64,000 nucleotides of DNA, from IMG/VR virus record IMGVR_UViG_3300010885_010784, positions 6,081 through 70,080 of that record. One strand, written 5' to 3'. The notes beneath the pieces were generated by a model. It searched no databases. It saw only the letters and a list, made by a program, of their open reading frames with translations, and had not been told where the DNA came from. Every line of letters starts with the position of its first letter. Position 1 is the stretch's first letter. Below are positions 7,699-15,386 of the stretch, in pieces. Both the position numbers and the translations under genes were made by a program. This DNA comes from a virus.

Positions 7699-8500
7699 AT
7701 TACGAAGGGGCATATTTTTTCCTGGAACTTTTATGTTTATTTTATTTAACATATCCAGACATTACGAACCAAAAAATTTTTTTCCCGAAAGTTTGTTTAT
7801 ATATATAAAGATAGATAGACATTACGAAGGACCTAAATTTTTCCTGGAATATTTAAATGTCAGAGGTATGTGGTATATGTATTACTAGGGGTATTACGAA
7901 CACTTCTTTATATACCCCGAAGGGCTGGCGGTAGCCAGGGTATTACGAAGCCTATGATTATTTCCCCTAGTAGTATATATAACACATGTCTTGATATGGG
8001 ATTACGAACGTGTATATATTTTCCATATTTTTATATATATTTATTGATAATTATTCTCATTAACATATATAAATGTTTATTTTATTTAATAAAACATTAC
8101 ATTTTTATAACGAATTTGTGGCTATGGGAATATCACAATTTTATAACGATATGGGTATTTGGGGAAATGATTACGAAGCCTATTAGTGATTTGCTCCATT
8201 ACACACTATCTTATTTAAAATCCTTATCCTTAATGAAAACCATTATCATCAGTAAGATTAATCTGTGGATAAACCTGTGGATAACTGTGTAAAAATCCAG
8301 GGTATCAGAAGGAAATGGCTATCCCAAATAGGTGTTTTGGGGTGTTAGCCTTTATCCCCCATATGCGTTTCTCTCTAATCAGAGATATGCTGTAAGGCTT
8401 AGGAGAGGATATAAGGTCATATCTCTTGAAGTGTATTTGCATTAGGTGTATTCTTTCTACTAGGGATTACGAAGCATCTTTTGTATGCCCCGAAAATTTT
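7699..8500 (+). repeat. iteron-like ATTACGAA direct-repeat array in AT-rich non-coding DNA
   Basis: ATTACGAA at 7699, 7761, 7821, 7893, 7942, 8001, 8170 and 8466, mostly followed about 14 nt later by T-tract-CC(C/T)(G). Confidence 0.8.
8264..8284 (-). promoter_or_regulatory. two perfect DnaA boxes (TTATCCACA)
   Basis: TGTGGATAA at 8264-8272 and 8276-8284; degenerate third box TGTGTAAAA at 8286. Confidence 0.75.
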
Positions 8501-8501
8501 G

Positions 8502-8708
8502 TTAATAAACTGAGTTTGTTATTAGAGCAACGAGTTCGTGATAGGTAGACTCTGATATGTAGTTCATTGTGCCATAGTCATGTAGCAGTGCTATGATACG
8601 TTCACGTTCTTTATCTATATTAATGTTTACGAACTCATCAATAGCCCTCACATCTTCTTTAGTGAATGTGCTATCAAGTACAAGCATCTTGTTCTCTATT
8701 TTAATCAT
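8502..8708 (-). CDS. small protein, ERERI family
   Basis: DKERERIIALL. Confidence 0.7.
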   Translation of the reverse strand: MIKIENKMLVLDSTFTKEDVRAIDEFVNINIDKERERIIALLHDYGTMNYISESTYHELVALITNSVY

Positions 8709-8911
8709 CTATACCCCCTGAGAAGTTCTAGGATATCCATCATAAATACATATCTTGTGTGTGATGCTTCATCATCCCAAGAGACATCCTTTTCCAACTC
8801 TAAACCTTTGTTAGAAAGAATATTGAGAATACGCTCACGCTCTTCCTTGACACCAGTTCTATAAGCATTGTCAATTGCACTTAGAATGTTTAGTCCTTCA
8901 TCATGTATCAT
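8705..8911 (-). CDS. small protein, ERERI family
   Basis: GVKEERERILNIL; ATGA overlaps. Confidence 0.7.
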   Translation of the reverse strand: MIHDEGLNILSAIDNAYRTGVKEERERILNILSNKGLELEKDVSWDDEASHTRYVFMMDILELLRGYR

Positions 8912-9501
8912 TCTGCATTACCTATATCTCTGAAACGCTTTGGTGGATGTTGTTCATCTCCACCTGGAGTCCATAGCACGTCATTCTCATTGTAGAATCT
9001 AGCCATTACGAAGAACAAGTCTGATAGCCTATTTAGGTATTGTGCTACTAGAGGATTTACTTCTCGTCCAGTTACATTCCATACCCTGCGTTCTGCTCTT
9101 CGAACAATTGTTCTAGCAACATGGAACAAGGCAGAAGTCTGGTTGCCTCCAGGCATTACGAACGACCTTAAAGGTTCCAGAGTTGAGTTGTATAAGTCTA
9201 TATCTTTCTCAAGACGACTAACCATATACTCAGTGATTCTGAGTCTACCATCATTAGGAGCATATGGAGTACATAGGTCTGCACCTACATCAAATAGTTC
9301 ATTTTGAATTCTATCAAGAATGTTCTTTCCATTATCCCCAAATGTGCCGAAAGCCATAATCATTCCAATAGCAGCGTTTGCTTCATCTACTGTAGAATAT
9401 GCTTCAATTAGTGGGTCAGTCTTAGATACCCTGGAATTATCTCCCAAAGCAGTTGTTCCATTATCACCAGTCTTGGTGTATATTTTACTTAAGATTACCA
9501 T
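8908..9501 (-). CDS. pduO: PduO-type ATP:cob(I)alamin adenosyltransferase
   Basis: KIYTKTGDxGTT, TVDEANAAIG, IQNELFDVGADL, ARTIVRRAER and YLNRLSDLFFVMAR signatures. Confidence 0.93.
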   Translation of the reverse strand: MVILSKIYTKTGDNGTTALGDNSRVSKTDPLIEAYSTVDEANAAIGMIMAFGTFGDNGKNILDRIQNELFDVGADLCTPYAPNDGRLRITEYMVSRLEKDIDLYNSTLEPLRSFVMPGGNQTSALFHVARTIVRRAERRVWNVTGREVNPLVAQYLNRLSDLFFVMARFYNENDVLWTPGGDEQHPPKRFRDIGNAE

Positions 9502-9664
9502 ACTTGCCTTTCAATAGCGATATTGCACCTCTAAGGTTGACACCACTCTTATCGTGTAACATTTCTTCTAGGATGTGAATGATACGCTCTCTCTCACGCT
9601 GTTCACCAACCTGTATCCAATGTCTCTTTACGACATTAAATTTTGCTCGTTCTATGAATCCCAT
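9485..9664 (-). CDS. small protein, ERERI family (59 aa)
   Basis: MGFIERAKF...GEQRERERIIHIL; not in ORF track. Confidence 0.65.
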   Translation of the reverse strand: MGFIERAKFNVVKRHWIQVGEQRERERIIHILEEMLHDKSGVNLRGAISLLKGKYGNLK

Positions 9665-9891
9665 CCTACTACCTCTTTCTCTGGCTCATGGTTTTTAATT
9701 GCTTCAATAATTTCTTTACGAGTGTATGGGTCTTCTTTCAACCAATCCACATCGTGTATATATCTATTAACTTTATCAATGATTTGTTTGTGTTGCTCGT
9801 CCATACCTGCTTCGAAGCCATGCTCCCAACCAAGGTCATAACCTTGCTGTACTAGACGCAAACGCCATTTAAATATCTTAGGCAACTGCAT
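9652..9891 (-). CDS. hypothetical protein
   Basis: Likely start MQLPKIFKW at 9891 after RBS GAGGAG. Confidence 0.7.
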   Translation of the reverse strand: MQLPKIFKWRLRLVQQGYDLGWEHGFEAGMDEQHKQIIDKVNRYIHDVDWLKEDPYTRKEIIEAIKNHEPEKEVVGWDS

Positions 9892-10381
9892 AATTCTCCT
9901 CGTGTGCAACCCAGTAATACTTGCATGGTTCTTTACGATTAGGGCAACAAGGCTGGTTATCTCCATCGCTCAATGCACTATAGAACTCAAAGTAATAAAT
10001 TGGGTCTTTCTTGTATAGGTTTGCTTTGTGTGTAGCATTAACCTTAGCCATCTTAACAGAATCATTAAACCACTCAGGGTCATTAAGACCCCAATACTTA
10101 CCCTCGGACTTATACAAAGCCTTAAGGTTCTCTAGGTTCTTGTCTGTCTTAATACCACGCTCGTCTGCTTCGCCTACCATAGACATAATGTAATTCCATA
10201 GCACTGCTTCACTACCACGCCACATCTTCACGGCTGGATGGTTACGCCACCCTGCTCGTGGGTCTGGGTTGCCTAGGACTTTTAGAATCTGGTAGCCTTC
10301 TAGGATTTGCTTGTTAAGACGCTTGTTGTCTAGTGCTTGTGCAGACATAGTAAAGTCTTTATATGGTAAAAAGGTTTGCAT
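9878..10381 (-). CDS. pyrimidine-dimer DNA glycosylase (DenV) / MSMEG_6728-like protein
   Basis: MQTFLPY..F..SA..LD.KRL.KQ..E..QIL...WRNHPAVKMWRG signature. Confidence 0.85.
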   Translation of the reverse strand: MQTFLPYKDFTMSAQALDNKRLNKQILEGYQILKVLGNPDPRAGWRNHPAVKMWRGSEAVLWNYIMSMVGEADERGIKTDKNLENLKALYKSEGKYWGLNDPEWFNDSVKMAKVNATHKANLYKKDPIYYFEFYSALSDGDNQPCCPNRKEPCKYYWVAHEENYAVA

Positions 10382-10438
10382 ACGTTCTCTCTCGTTTAAT
10401 GGACCTATAGTCAATTATACAGTAAATTCGCTTGCTTG

Positions 10439-10636
10439 TCAAGCGTTGAACTCTATATTTACCGCCGAACTTTCAACCAATTCACGCAGAACTTTATACT
10501 GTATAAATCCGAGGTTGCTTCGCTTCTGCTCCGCTTCCAGGATTGCGAACAATCTCTCTCGTTCGTTCATAATACCAATAAGGTATGAGGTAAGGTCAGT
10601 GACCCCCTGTGCATCTAAATCTTTTAATTTTCCCAT
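10439..10636 (-). CDS. small leaderless protein, ERER family
   Basis: MGKLKDLDAQ...GIMNERERLFAIL; TTGACA-N17-TATACT ends 6 nt upstream. Confidence 0.7.
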   Translation of the reverse strand: MGKLKDLDAQGVTDLTSYLIGIMNERERLFAILEAEQKRSNLGFIQYKVLRELVESSAVNIEFNA

Positions 10637-10687
10637 GTATCTAGTATAAGGCACACAAAGGTCTTTGTCAAGTGCTATAATAGAAAT

Positions 10688-10882
10688 ATGACAGACAAAT
10701 ATCGCTACATTATTTACCCTGAACGCACCTACGTTGTGGATGTCGATGGGGATTCCGTTGAAGTCCAGGGACAGGACATTGTTAATATTATTCCTGATAT
10801 GCTTCGCAAGAAGTACATTGAGGCTTACTTTGGATACGAGAGTATCTCATTTGACAATACACAGGAAGGTTTGGTAGAATAG
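10688..10882 (+). CDS. leaderless hypothetical protein
   Basis: TGCTATAAT 6 nt upstream of ATG; divergent from 10636. Confidence 0.7.
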   Translation: MTDKYRYIIYPERTYVVDVDGDSVEVQGQDIVNIIPDMLRKKYIEAYFGYESISFDNTQEGLVE

Positions 10883-10883
10883 T

Positions 10884-10997
10884 ATGGCTGCAAAAAAGGC
10901 ATCAACACGCAACAGCAATCGTCAGAACGGTAAGGCTTCTAAGAAGTCACCGAAGATTTTTGACCCTGCAAAGCGTAGATTAGTAAAGGTTAGTTAA
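10884..10997 (+). CDS. very basic 37-aa peptide
   Basis: MAAKKASTRNSNRQNGKASKKSPKIFDPAKRRLVKVS. Confidence 0.6.
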   Translation: MAAKKASTRNSNRQNGKASKKSPKIFDPAKRRLVKVS

Positions 10998-11174
10998 ATG
11001 GATAGAAAGACTCGTAGAAACAACGAGCGTGTTATTAGTACAATCAAAAAGAAGGCTGTTAAGGATACCGAGACTTGGATTCTTAGCCTATCGTCACCAC
11101 CCACAAAATCTGAAGTCCTTGCATTCCAGGCTGGATATGTTTATGGCATGAACCGTGGGACAAGCAATGCATGA
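10998..11174 (+). CDS. small hypothetical protein (58 aa)
   Basis: MDRKTRRNNERV...AFQAGYVYGMNRG; abuts upstream stop. Confidence 0.6.
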   Translation: MDRKTRRNNERVISTIKKKAVKDTETWILSLSSPPTKSEVLAFQAGYVYGMNRGTSNA

Positions 11175-11325
11175 GTTTAAAAATCCTTATTACGAAGGAC
11201 CAGATTGTGTTTGTTGCAATCACCTTAAAGAGGATGTAGTAAAGAGCATTGTTGCAATGCTGAGAGAACAAGACTCAGTTTGTTCAGACTGGGTTATAGC
11301 ACTTATAGAAAAGGATTACGAATAG
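11167..11325 (+). CDS. small hypothetical protein (52 aa)
   Basis: MHEFKNPYYEGPDCVCCNHL... Confidence 0.55.
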   Translation: MHEFKNPYYEGPDCVCCNHLKEDVVKSIVAMLREQDSVCSDWVIALIEKDYE

Positions 11326-11326
11326 T

Positions 11327-11458
11327 ATGTGGGAAATTATTAATATAGCAATGGTAGTTGTTGGAATAGCATTGCTAATGCTTGTATCATGGGCAGTAGA
11401 CAAAGACAAGAAGAGCAAGTCGGAAGACTGGTTCACCCTAGACGACGACGACTTTTAA
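11327..11458 (+). CDS. small single-TM membrane protein (43 aa)
   Basis: MWEIINIAMVVVGIALLMLVSWAV followed by charged tail. Confidence 0.6.
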   Translation: MWEIINIAMVVVGIALLMLVSWAVDKDKKSKSEDWFTLDDDDF

Positions 11459-11610
11459 TGCATAAGTGTGGCTGGTGTATAACTGGGCATCACGAATCCT
11501 GTAAGCCTTCAGTTAGTTATTATGAGAAAACTTGGGTGTGTGAATGTCCTTGTCGTACTCAGGCTCATTCTGAGGATACTGTTCAAGACAGTCATAGCAA
11601 AAGTGAGTAG
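11458..11610 (+). CDS. small Cys/His-rich protein
   Basis: MHKCGWCITGHHESC...CECPC; TAATG coupling. Confidence 0.55.
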   Translation: MHKCGWCITGHHESCKPSVSYYEKTWVCECPCRTQAHSEDTVQDSHSKSE

Positions 11611-11740
11611 GCTTGAAATCAAATGGTTTAGGAATACCACCTAAAACAATTTCATCATTCTTAGCCTTTTCAATCATTTCCATAGTTGGAAATCCATAAA
11701 CGACATCTACCATTGGGTAGGAACAAAGTGGACAATTCAT
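11513..11740 (-). CDS. small zinc-ribbon protein
   Basis: MNCPLC..MVDVVYGFP....IVLGG....PTHFCYDC; leaderless after TATAAT. Confidence 0.7.
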   Translation of the reverse strand: MNCPLCSYPMVDVVYGFPTMEMIEKAKNDEIVLGGIPKPFDFKPTHFCYDCLEQYPQNEPEYDKDIHTPKFSHNN

Positions 11741-11746
11741 ACTACT

Positions 11747-11793
11747 ATTATACACTACATGCTTTACAATGTCCATGGTCTCTGGTATAATAG
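11747..11793. promoter_or_regulatory. overlapping divergent promoters sharing the ATGTC box
   Basis: + strand TTTACAATGTCCATGGTCTCTGGTATAATAG; - strand TGGACA-N17-TATAAT. Confidence 0.7.
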
Positions 11794-11797
11794 GTAT

Positions 11798-12184
11798 ATG
11801 ATTATTACAGACATTGACGATACCGTTTTAGAACACATGAGTTCTACCCCGATTAAAAAGACCATTGATTATATTAATTCACTTAATACTAAGGTGATTG
11901 TAATTAGTGGAAGAAGCCGAAGCATGAGAGCAGAGACAGAGAAGGCTCTCAAAGAGGCTGGACTAAAGTATAGTAGTCTTCTTCTTAATCCTTATGACTA
12001 TAGACTTACCAATAAGTGGAAGGCTGAGTGTGCTGAGAAACTTAGTGACGCTACCCTCGCTATCGACGACAATGCAGGAGCCAGGTCTGCCTACACAAAG
12101 GCTGGTATTAAGGCTATTCATCCTAACGAAGTTCCAGACATGGAAAAGTTCTGGTCTGTCTTTGAATCTAACAGCGGATACTAA
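11798..12184 (+). CDS. HAD-superfamily phosphatase (PNKP/PseT 3'-phosphatase-like)
   Basis: DIDDT motif I, SGR motif II, K motif III, IDD motif IV; leaderless start. Confidence 0.85.
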   Translation: MIITDIDDTVLEHMSSTPIKKTIDYINSLNTKVIVISGRSRSMRAETEKALKEAGLKYSSLLLNPYDYRLTNKWKAECAEKLSDATLAIDDNAGARSAYTKAGIKAIHPNEVPDMEKFWSVFESNSGY

Positions 12185-12203
12185 ATAGTACTTATAATTA
12201 AGT

Positions 12204-12416
12204 ATGGAAGACATTCAGGATATTGAAACCAGAGTAGACCAACTCTACAGCAAGATTGATGATATCAATGCTGAGTTGTATTCTCTTGGTGGCGAGGAAG
12301 AAAGATTCGAAATATTCGAAAGACTTCGTGAATTGATTTCACAAAAAGAACAAGAAAATGATTTGATTGCTGCAGCCGTGCTTGGCTGGGCTTATGAAGA
12401 ATTAGCCAACGTTTAG
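12204..12416 (+). CDS. small acidic helical protein
   Basis: 70 aa; TATAAT 5 nt upstream. Confidence 0.7.
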   Translation: MEDIQDIETRVDQLYSKIDDINAELYSLGGEEERFEIFERLRELISQKEQENDLIAAAVLGWAYEELANV

Positions 12417-13096
12417 TCGTGGTTAGTTTTTTGTTTTACTAAAGCCAACATTCTTTCTGGAGTTTTTGCAGAATAGTATAGCCAGTAAAGTTCTATGTTC
12501 TTCATTTGATTATGATTAAAGCCAGGGTCGTGTATCTGTGTTTGATGTCCAAGACAATAGATGGTTCCATCATGTCTAATAAACTTACTACCCTTAATGA
12601 TTGTGTGTGCTAATTCAAATGCTGAATCTTCTGCTCCCCATTGCTTAAACTTTTCATCCATACCGCCAACACTCCACCAGGTTTCTGGTGTGCATACCCA
12701 GACTCCACCGTTGGCTTCTGTAAACAACGTATGCTTTAGAATGTTCATATTACTACCAGAATAAATTGACTCACTCATTTGCATATCAAAATATTTACAA
12801 AGTCTATAAGGATTATGAATCATTCCATCTGTTTGGCATTGCTCTATGGCTTCTAGTAAAGGCTTAATTTCTGGTAGTGTATCTGCGTCATTAAGTATAA
12901 TAACGTCACAGTGAGCCTCCTGTGCCCTCTTTACACCATCATTACGACTGGCAGCAGCGTTCCAGAATTCCCCTGGTCTATCTGTATAAAATATTTCAAC
13001 GTCTGGTAAGTTGGTTTGATACCATTGAAGAACCATTTCTAATGGTCTTATTCTGCTTGGAGTTTGTCTCCATGGAATTATCAATCCTATTTTCAT
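12413..13096 (-). CDS. GT-A fold glycosyltransferase (galactosyltransferase-like)
   Basis: IIPWR, SRNDG, DAD and GGMDEKFKQWGAED motifs. Confidence 0.88.
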   Translation of the reverse strand: MKIGLIIPWRQTPSRIRPLEMVLQWYQTNLPDVEIFYTDRPGEFWNAAASRNDGVKRAQEAHCDVIILNDADTLPEIKPLLEAIEQCQTDGMIHNPYRLCKYFDMQMSESIYSGSNMNILKHTLFTEANGGVWVCTPETWWSVGGMDEKFKQWGAEDSAFELAHTIIKGSKFIRHDGTIYCLGHQTQIHDPGFNHNQMKNIELYWLYYSAKTPERMLALVKQKTNHD

Positions 13097-13099
13097 ATG

Positions 13100-13176
13100 T
13101 CCCCCTGACAGGATTCGAACCTGCATTCACATCCGTTATGCACATATTGGGTAGAAACCAACGCCACTACAGAGGG
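13100..13176 (-). tRNA. atypical tRNA-Arg(UCU)-like gene lacking a normal D-arm
   Basis: Acceptor CCCTCTG/CAGGGGG, anticodon arm GTTGG-TTTCTAC-CCAAT, T-arm GCAGG-TTCGAAT-CCTGT. Confidence 0.65.
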
Positions 13177-13181
13177 TTGCA

Positions 13182-13862
13182 TTAACTTCTCACTAACTTA
13201 AGTATATCATCTGAATTGGTGATAGTTAAATAGTATTTATATAAATTAAAATTGTTCATAAGGTCTTTGTCTGGATTTTGCAACACCTGACTTCTTTCGT
13301 GGTCAAAGGCGTGTATTACCCCTGTATGTTTTACTAATGGTATATTGTGCACTAGAGTGTGAACGTATTCAAAGGCTGTGTCTTCATACCCCCACTTTAC
13401 GAACTTCTGGTCCATGCCACCGAGCATCCACCAAGAAGATGGCTTGAAGACCCAGATACCAGCGTTAGAATCACGCTCAACTCTAAATGCACAGTTCATC
13501 AAGGAGCCAGACTCAAAGTATTGGTTGGTGCTTTGTAATGGATAGAAACGATACTCTGTGTATGGATTGTGAATAAAATTATCAGACATTGCGGACTCAA
13601 TTGTTTTACGAAGAGTCTCTGTTCCTTCTGGGATTGTATCTGCATCATTCATAATAATGACATCTGCACCATTACCCTCTGCGAGTTTTACCCCCAGATT
13701 TCTAGTATGTGATGGTAGCCACTCAACTTCTGAATAAGTTAGCGACACCACGGTTGCTTCTGGTAAATTTTTTTCGTACCAGGCTTTAACCGTTTCATAA
13801 GCCCTGAGCCTACTGTCTTGATGTTTCCAAGGTATGACTACATAAATCTTTGGTTTATCCAT
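13182..13862 (-). CDS. GT-A fold glycosyltransferase (paralog of 12413..13096)
   Basis: VIPWK, TRNLG, DAD and GGMDQKFVKWGYED motifs. Confidence 0.88.
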   Translation of the reverse strand: MDKPKIYVVIPWKHQDSRLRAYETVKAWYEKNLPEATVVSLTYSEVEWLPSHTRNLGVKLAEGNGADVIIMNDADTIPEGTETLRKTIESAMSDNFIHNPYTEYRFYPLQSTNQYFESGSLMNCAFRVERDSNAGIWVFKPSSWWMLGGMDQKFVKWGYEDTAFEYVHTLVHNIPLVKHTGVIHAFDHERSQVLQNPDKDLMNNFNLYKYYLTITNSDDILKLVRS

Positions 13863-14491
13863 ACTTGGTCCTCCACTAAAGGTCCCCACTCATAAGAGCG
13901 ATGTACGCAGATAAAGTTATTCTTATTCATATAAGTAGCAATGTCCATGTGGTTCTTATGCCCAGGGTGTCTATCAAATGTTTCTGTTTCAATGTGCAAC
14001 ATCTTAGCACTATAAAGAGCATCCCCCATGCCCATTAAAACTTCCCAACTAAATCCCTCAACGTCAATCTTAATTATATCAATTGTGATTCCTGACTTAT
14101 CTTCTTTTTCTAGAAAGGAATCAAAGCGTGTCATTGGAGTCATAATCTTATTATATTCAACATTTTGAAACTTCTGAACAGTCTCCATTGAAGAACATCC
14201 AGCCTCGTCAATGTTTGATGATACTACTTGTGTAAATGATACTTGACCATTGAAGTCACCGACGGCAGACTCAACTACGTTAAAGTTAGGATAGCGTTTC
14301 CTTGTTTCTTTTACTGCTAGTGGGTTGGCATCAAAGGCGTAGATTTCTTTACCGTTTAATTTTTCACGAAAGTATTCTGCATCGTCACCATCTCTAGTTC
14401 CAATATCAAAAATAGTATTGGCAGTGTCGCCAAAATATTTTCTATATGCATCTACGGCTGGCTCTAGCCATTTATTCTGCAATATCTTCAT
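13838..14491 (-). CDS. FkbM-family SAM-dependent methyltransferase
   Basis: IFDIG..DG, YAFDANP and IDIIKIDVEG motifs. Confidence 0.88.
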   Translation of the reverse strand: MKILQNKWLEPAVDAYRKYFGDTANTIFDIGTRDGDDAEYFREKLNGKEIYAFDANPLAVKETRKRYPNFNVVESAVGDFNGQVSFTQVVSSNIDEAGCSSMETVQKFQNVEYNKIMTPMTRFDSFLEKEDKSGITIDIIKIDVEGFSWEVLMGMGDALYSAKMLHIETETFDRHPGHKNHMDIATYMNKNNFICVHRSYEWGPLVEDQVWINQRFM

Positions 14492-14786
14492 CCTCCAGGA
14501 TTGCTAGTACGCTTGCACTAAACAATGACATGTAGTCTTCGCCATCGTGCTTAAATTTTACAGTGTTGTTTGGATTAAACATAATCTTGTCTCCAACCTT
14601 TACGTCCATTGGTACACGAACGCCACTCTTTAGTTGTCTGCCTTCTCCTACAGCAAATGCAACTCCAATATTCTTTGGTTGCTCAAACTCGTTCTGAATA
14701 ATAAACAGACCACTAGAAGATTGCTCTGGCTCTGTACTCTTCTTTTCTATCTTAATAATGATGATGTCTTCTGGTGCTTTAATCAT
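14472..14786 (-). CDS. groES: co-chaperonin GroES
   Basis: SSGLFI mobile loop and GVAFAVGEG...PMDVKVGDKIMF. Confidence 0.85.
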   Translation of the reverse strand: MIKAPEDIIIIKIEKKSTEPEQSSSGLFIIQNEFEQPKNIGVAFAVGEGRQLKSGVRVPMDVKVGDKIMFNPNNTVKFKHDGEDYMSLFSASVLAILEDEDIAE

Positions 14787-15073
14787 TACTTCTCCCAAGT
14801 CTCGTCAATCACTAGCAATGCAATTAGTGCATAGTTTGCCATGTCAATGAATGAATCACGAAGGCTCTCGTGCTCTGGGTCAACGCCCGAATCAACCAAG
14901 TGATTGATACGAGCCAACTTGTCGTGCATACGAACACGCAAACCATTTAGAGGACCGCCTGGACTGCCAGAGATATTCTTTGGTCCGTAGTCCTTGTGCT
15001 TGCTTACCAGAAGCGTCTCCGCTTCCTTAAAAACCTTTGATACTGATTGTGTAAATTCTTTACTTAGTTCCAT
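14786..15073 (-). CDS. DUF1599 / nucleotide-modification-associated domain protein
   Basis: KHKDYG, RMHDKLARI and DSFIDMANYALI motifs. Confidence 0.8.
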   Translation of the reverse strand: MELSKEFTQSVSKVFKEAETLLVSKHKDYGPKNISGSPGGPLNGLRVRMHDKLARINHLVDSGVDPEHESLRDSFIDMANYALIALLVIDETWEK

Positions 15074-15243
15074 TAGTACTCCTTGTGTTCTACTCCGTGC
15101 TTGCTGTCCACATACTTGTGAATCTTGCGAAGCGTTCTAGCCTTTGTGAATCCGTATACGATTACTGCGAATACAGCATTCCAAAAGAATTCTGCAATGA
15201 TGTGGTCAAGTCCAAAGACTACATCAAATAGTTCGTGTTCCAT
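15073..15243 (-). CDS. small membrane protein (56 aa)
   Basis: MEHELFDVVFGLDHIIAEFFWNAVFAVIVYGF...; RBS GAGGAG. Confidence 0.6.
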   Translation of the reverse strand: MEHELFDVVFGLDHIIAEFFWNAVFAVIVYGFTKARTLRKIHKYVDSKHGVEHKEY

Positions 15244-15386
15244 TAGTGCTCCTCACAATGCATGATTGCATCGTTCTCTGTTTGATAGTTGTCCCAACAA
15301 TTAGTTGGGGTTAGTGTTATTGTAAATACAATTATACCAATAAGACCTAGTATTGTCAATATGGTTAGTTTAGAATTCTTCGTCAT
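15243..15386 (-). CDS. small N-anchored membrane protein (47 aa)
   Basis: MTKNSKLTILTILGLIGIIVF...CWDNYQTENDAIMHCE; contains TTGACA-N17-TATAAT (15359-15331). Confidence 0.55.
   Translation of the reverse strand: MTKNSKLTILTILGLIGIIVFTITLTPTNCWDNYQTENDAIMHCEEH

Noticed and set aside
7699-8010. CRISPR-array interpretation of the ~60-nt-period repeats together with the Cas4-like gene
   Set aside because: The conserved core is only 8 nt and spacing varies from 49 to 72 nt. No cas1/cas2 or effector genes are present, and solo Cas4-like nucleases are normal in phage recombination modules.
7637-8292. ORFs 7637..7888 and 7870..8292
   Set aside because: They are Ile/Tyr/Phe-rich translations of an AT-rich repeat region, with no RBS; better explained as non-coding.
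1062-11797. Apparent shared N-terminal peptide (I/L)YNVxGxxYNRY in ORFs 1062, 3519, 4960 and 11759
   Set aside because: It is the translation of the TTTACAATGTC...TATAATAG promoter DNA. True starts lie downstream (3585, 5002, 11798), and ORF 1062 is probably spurious.
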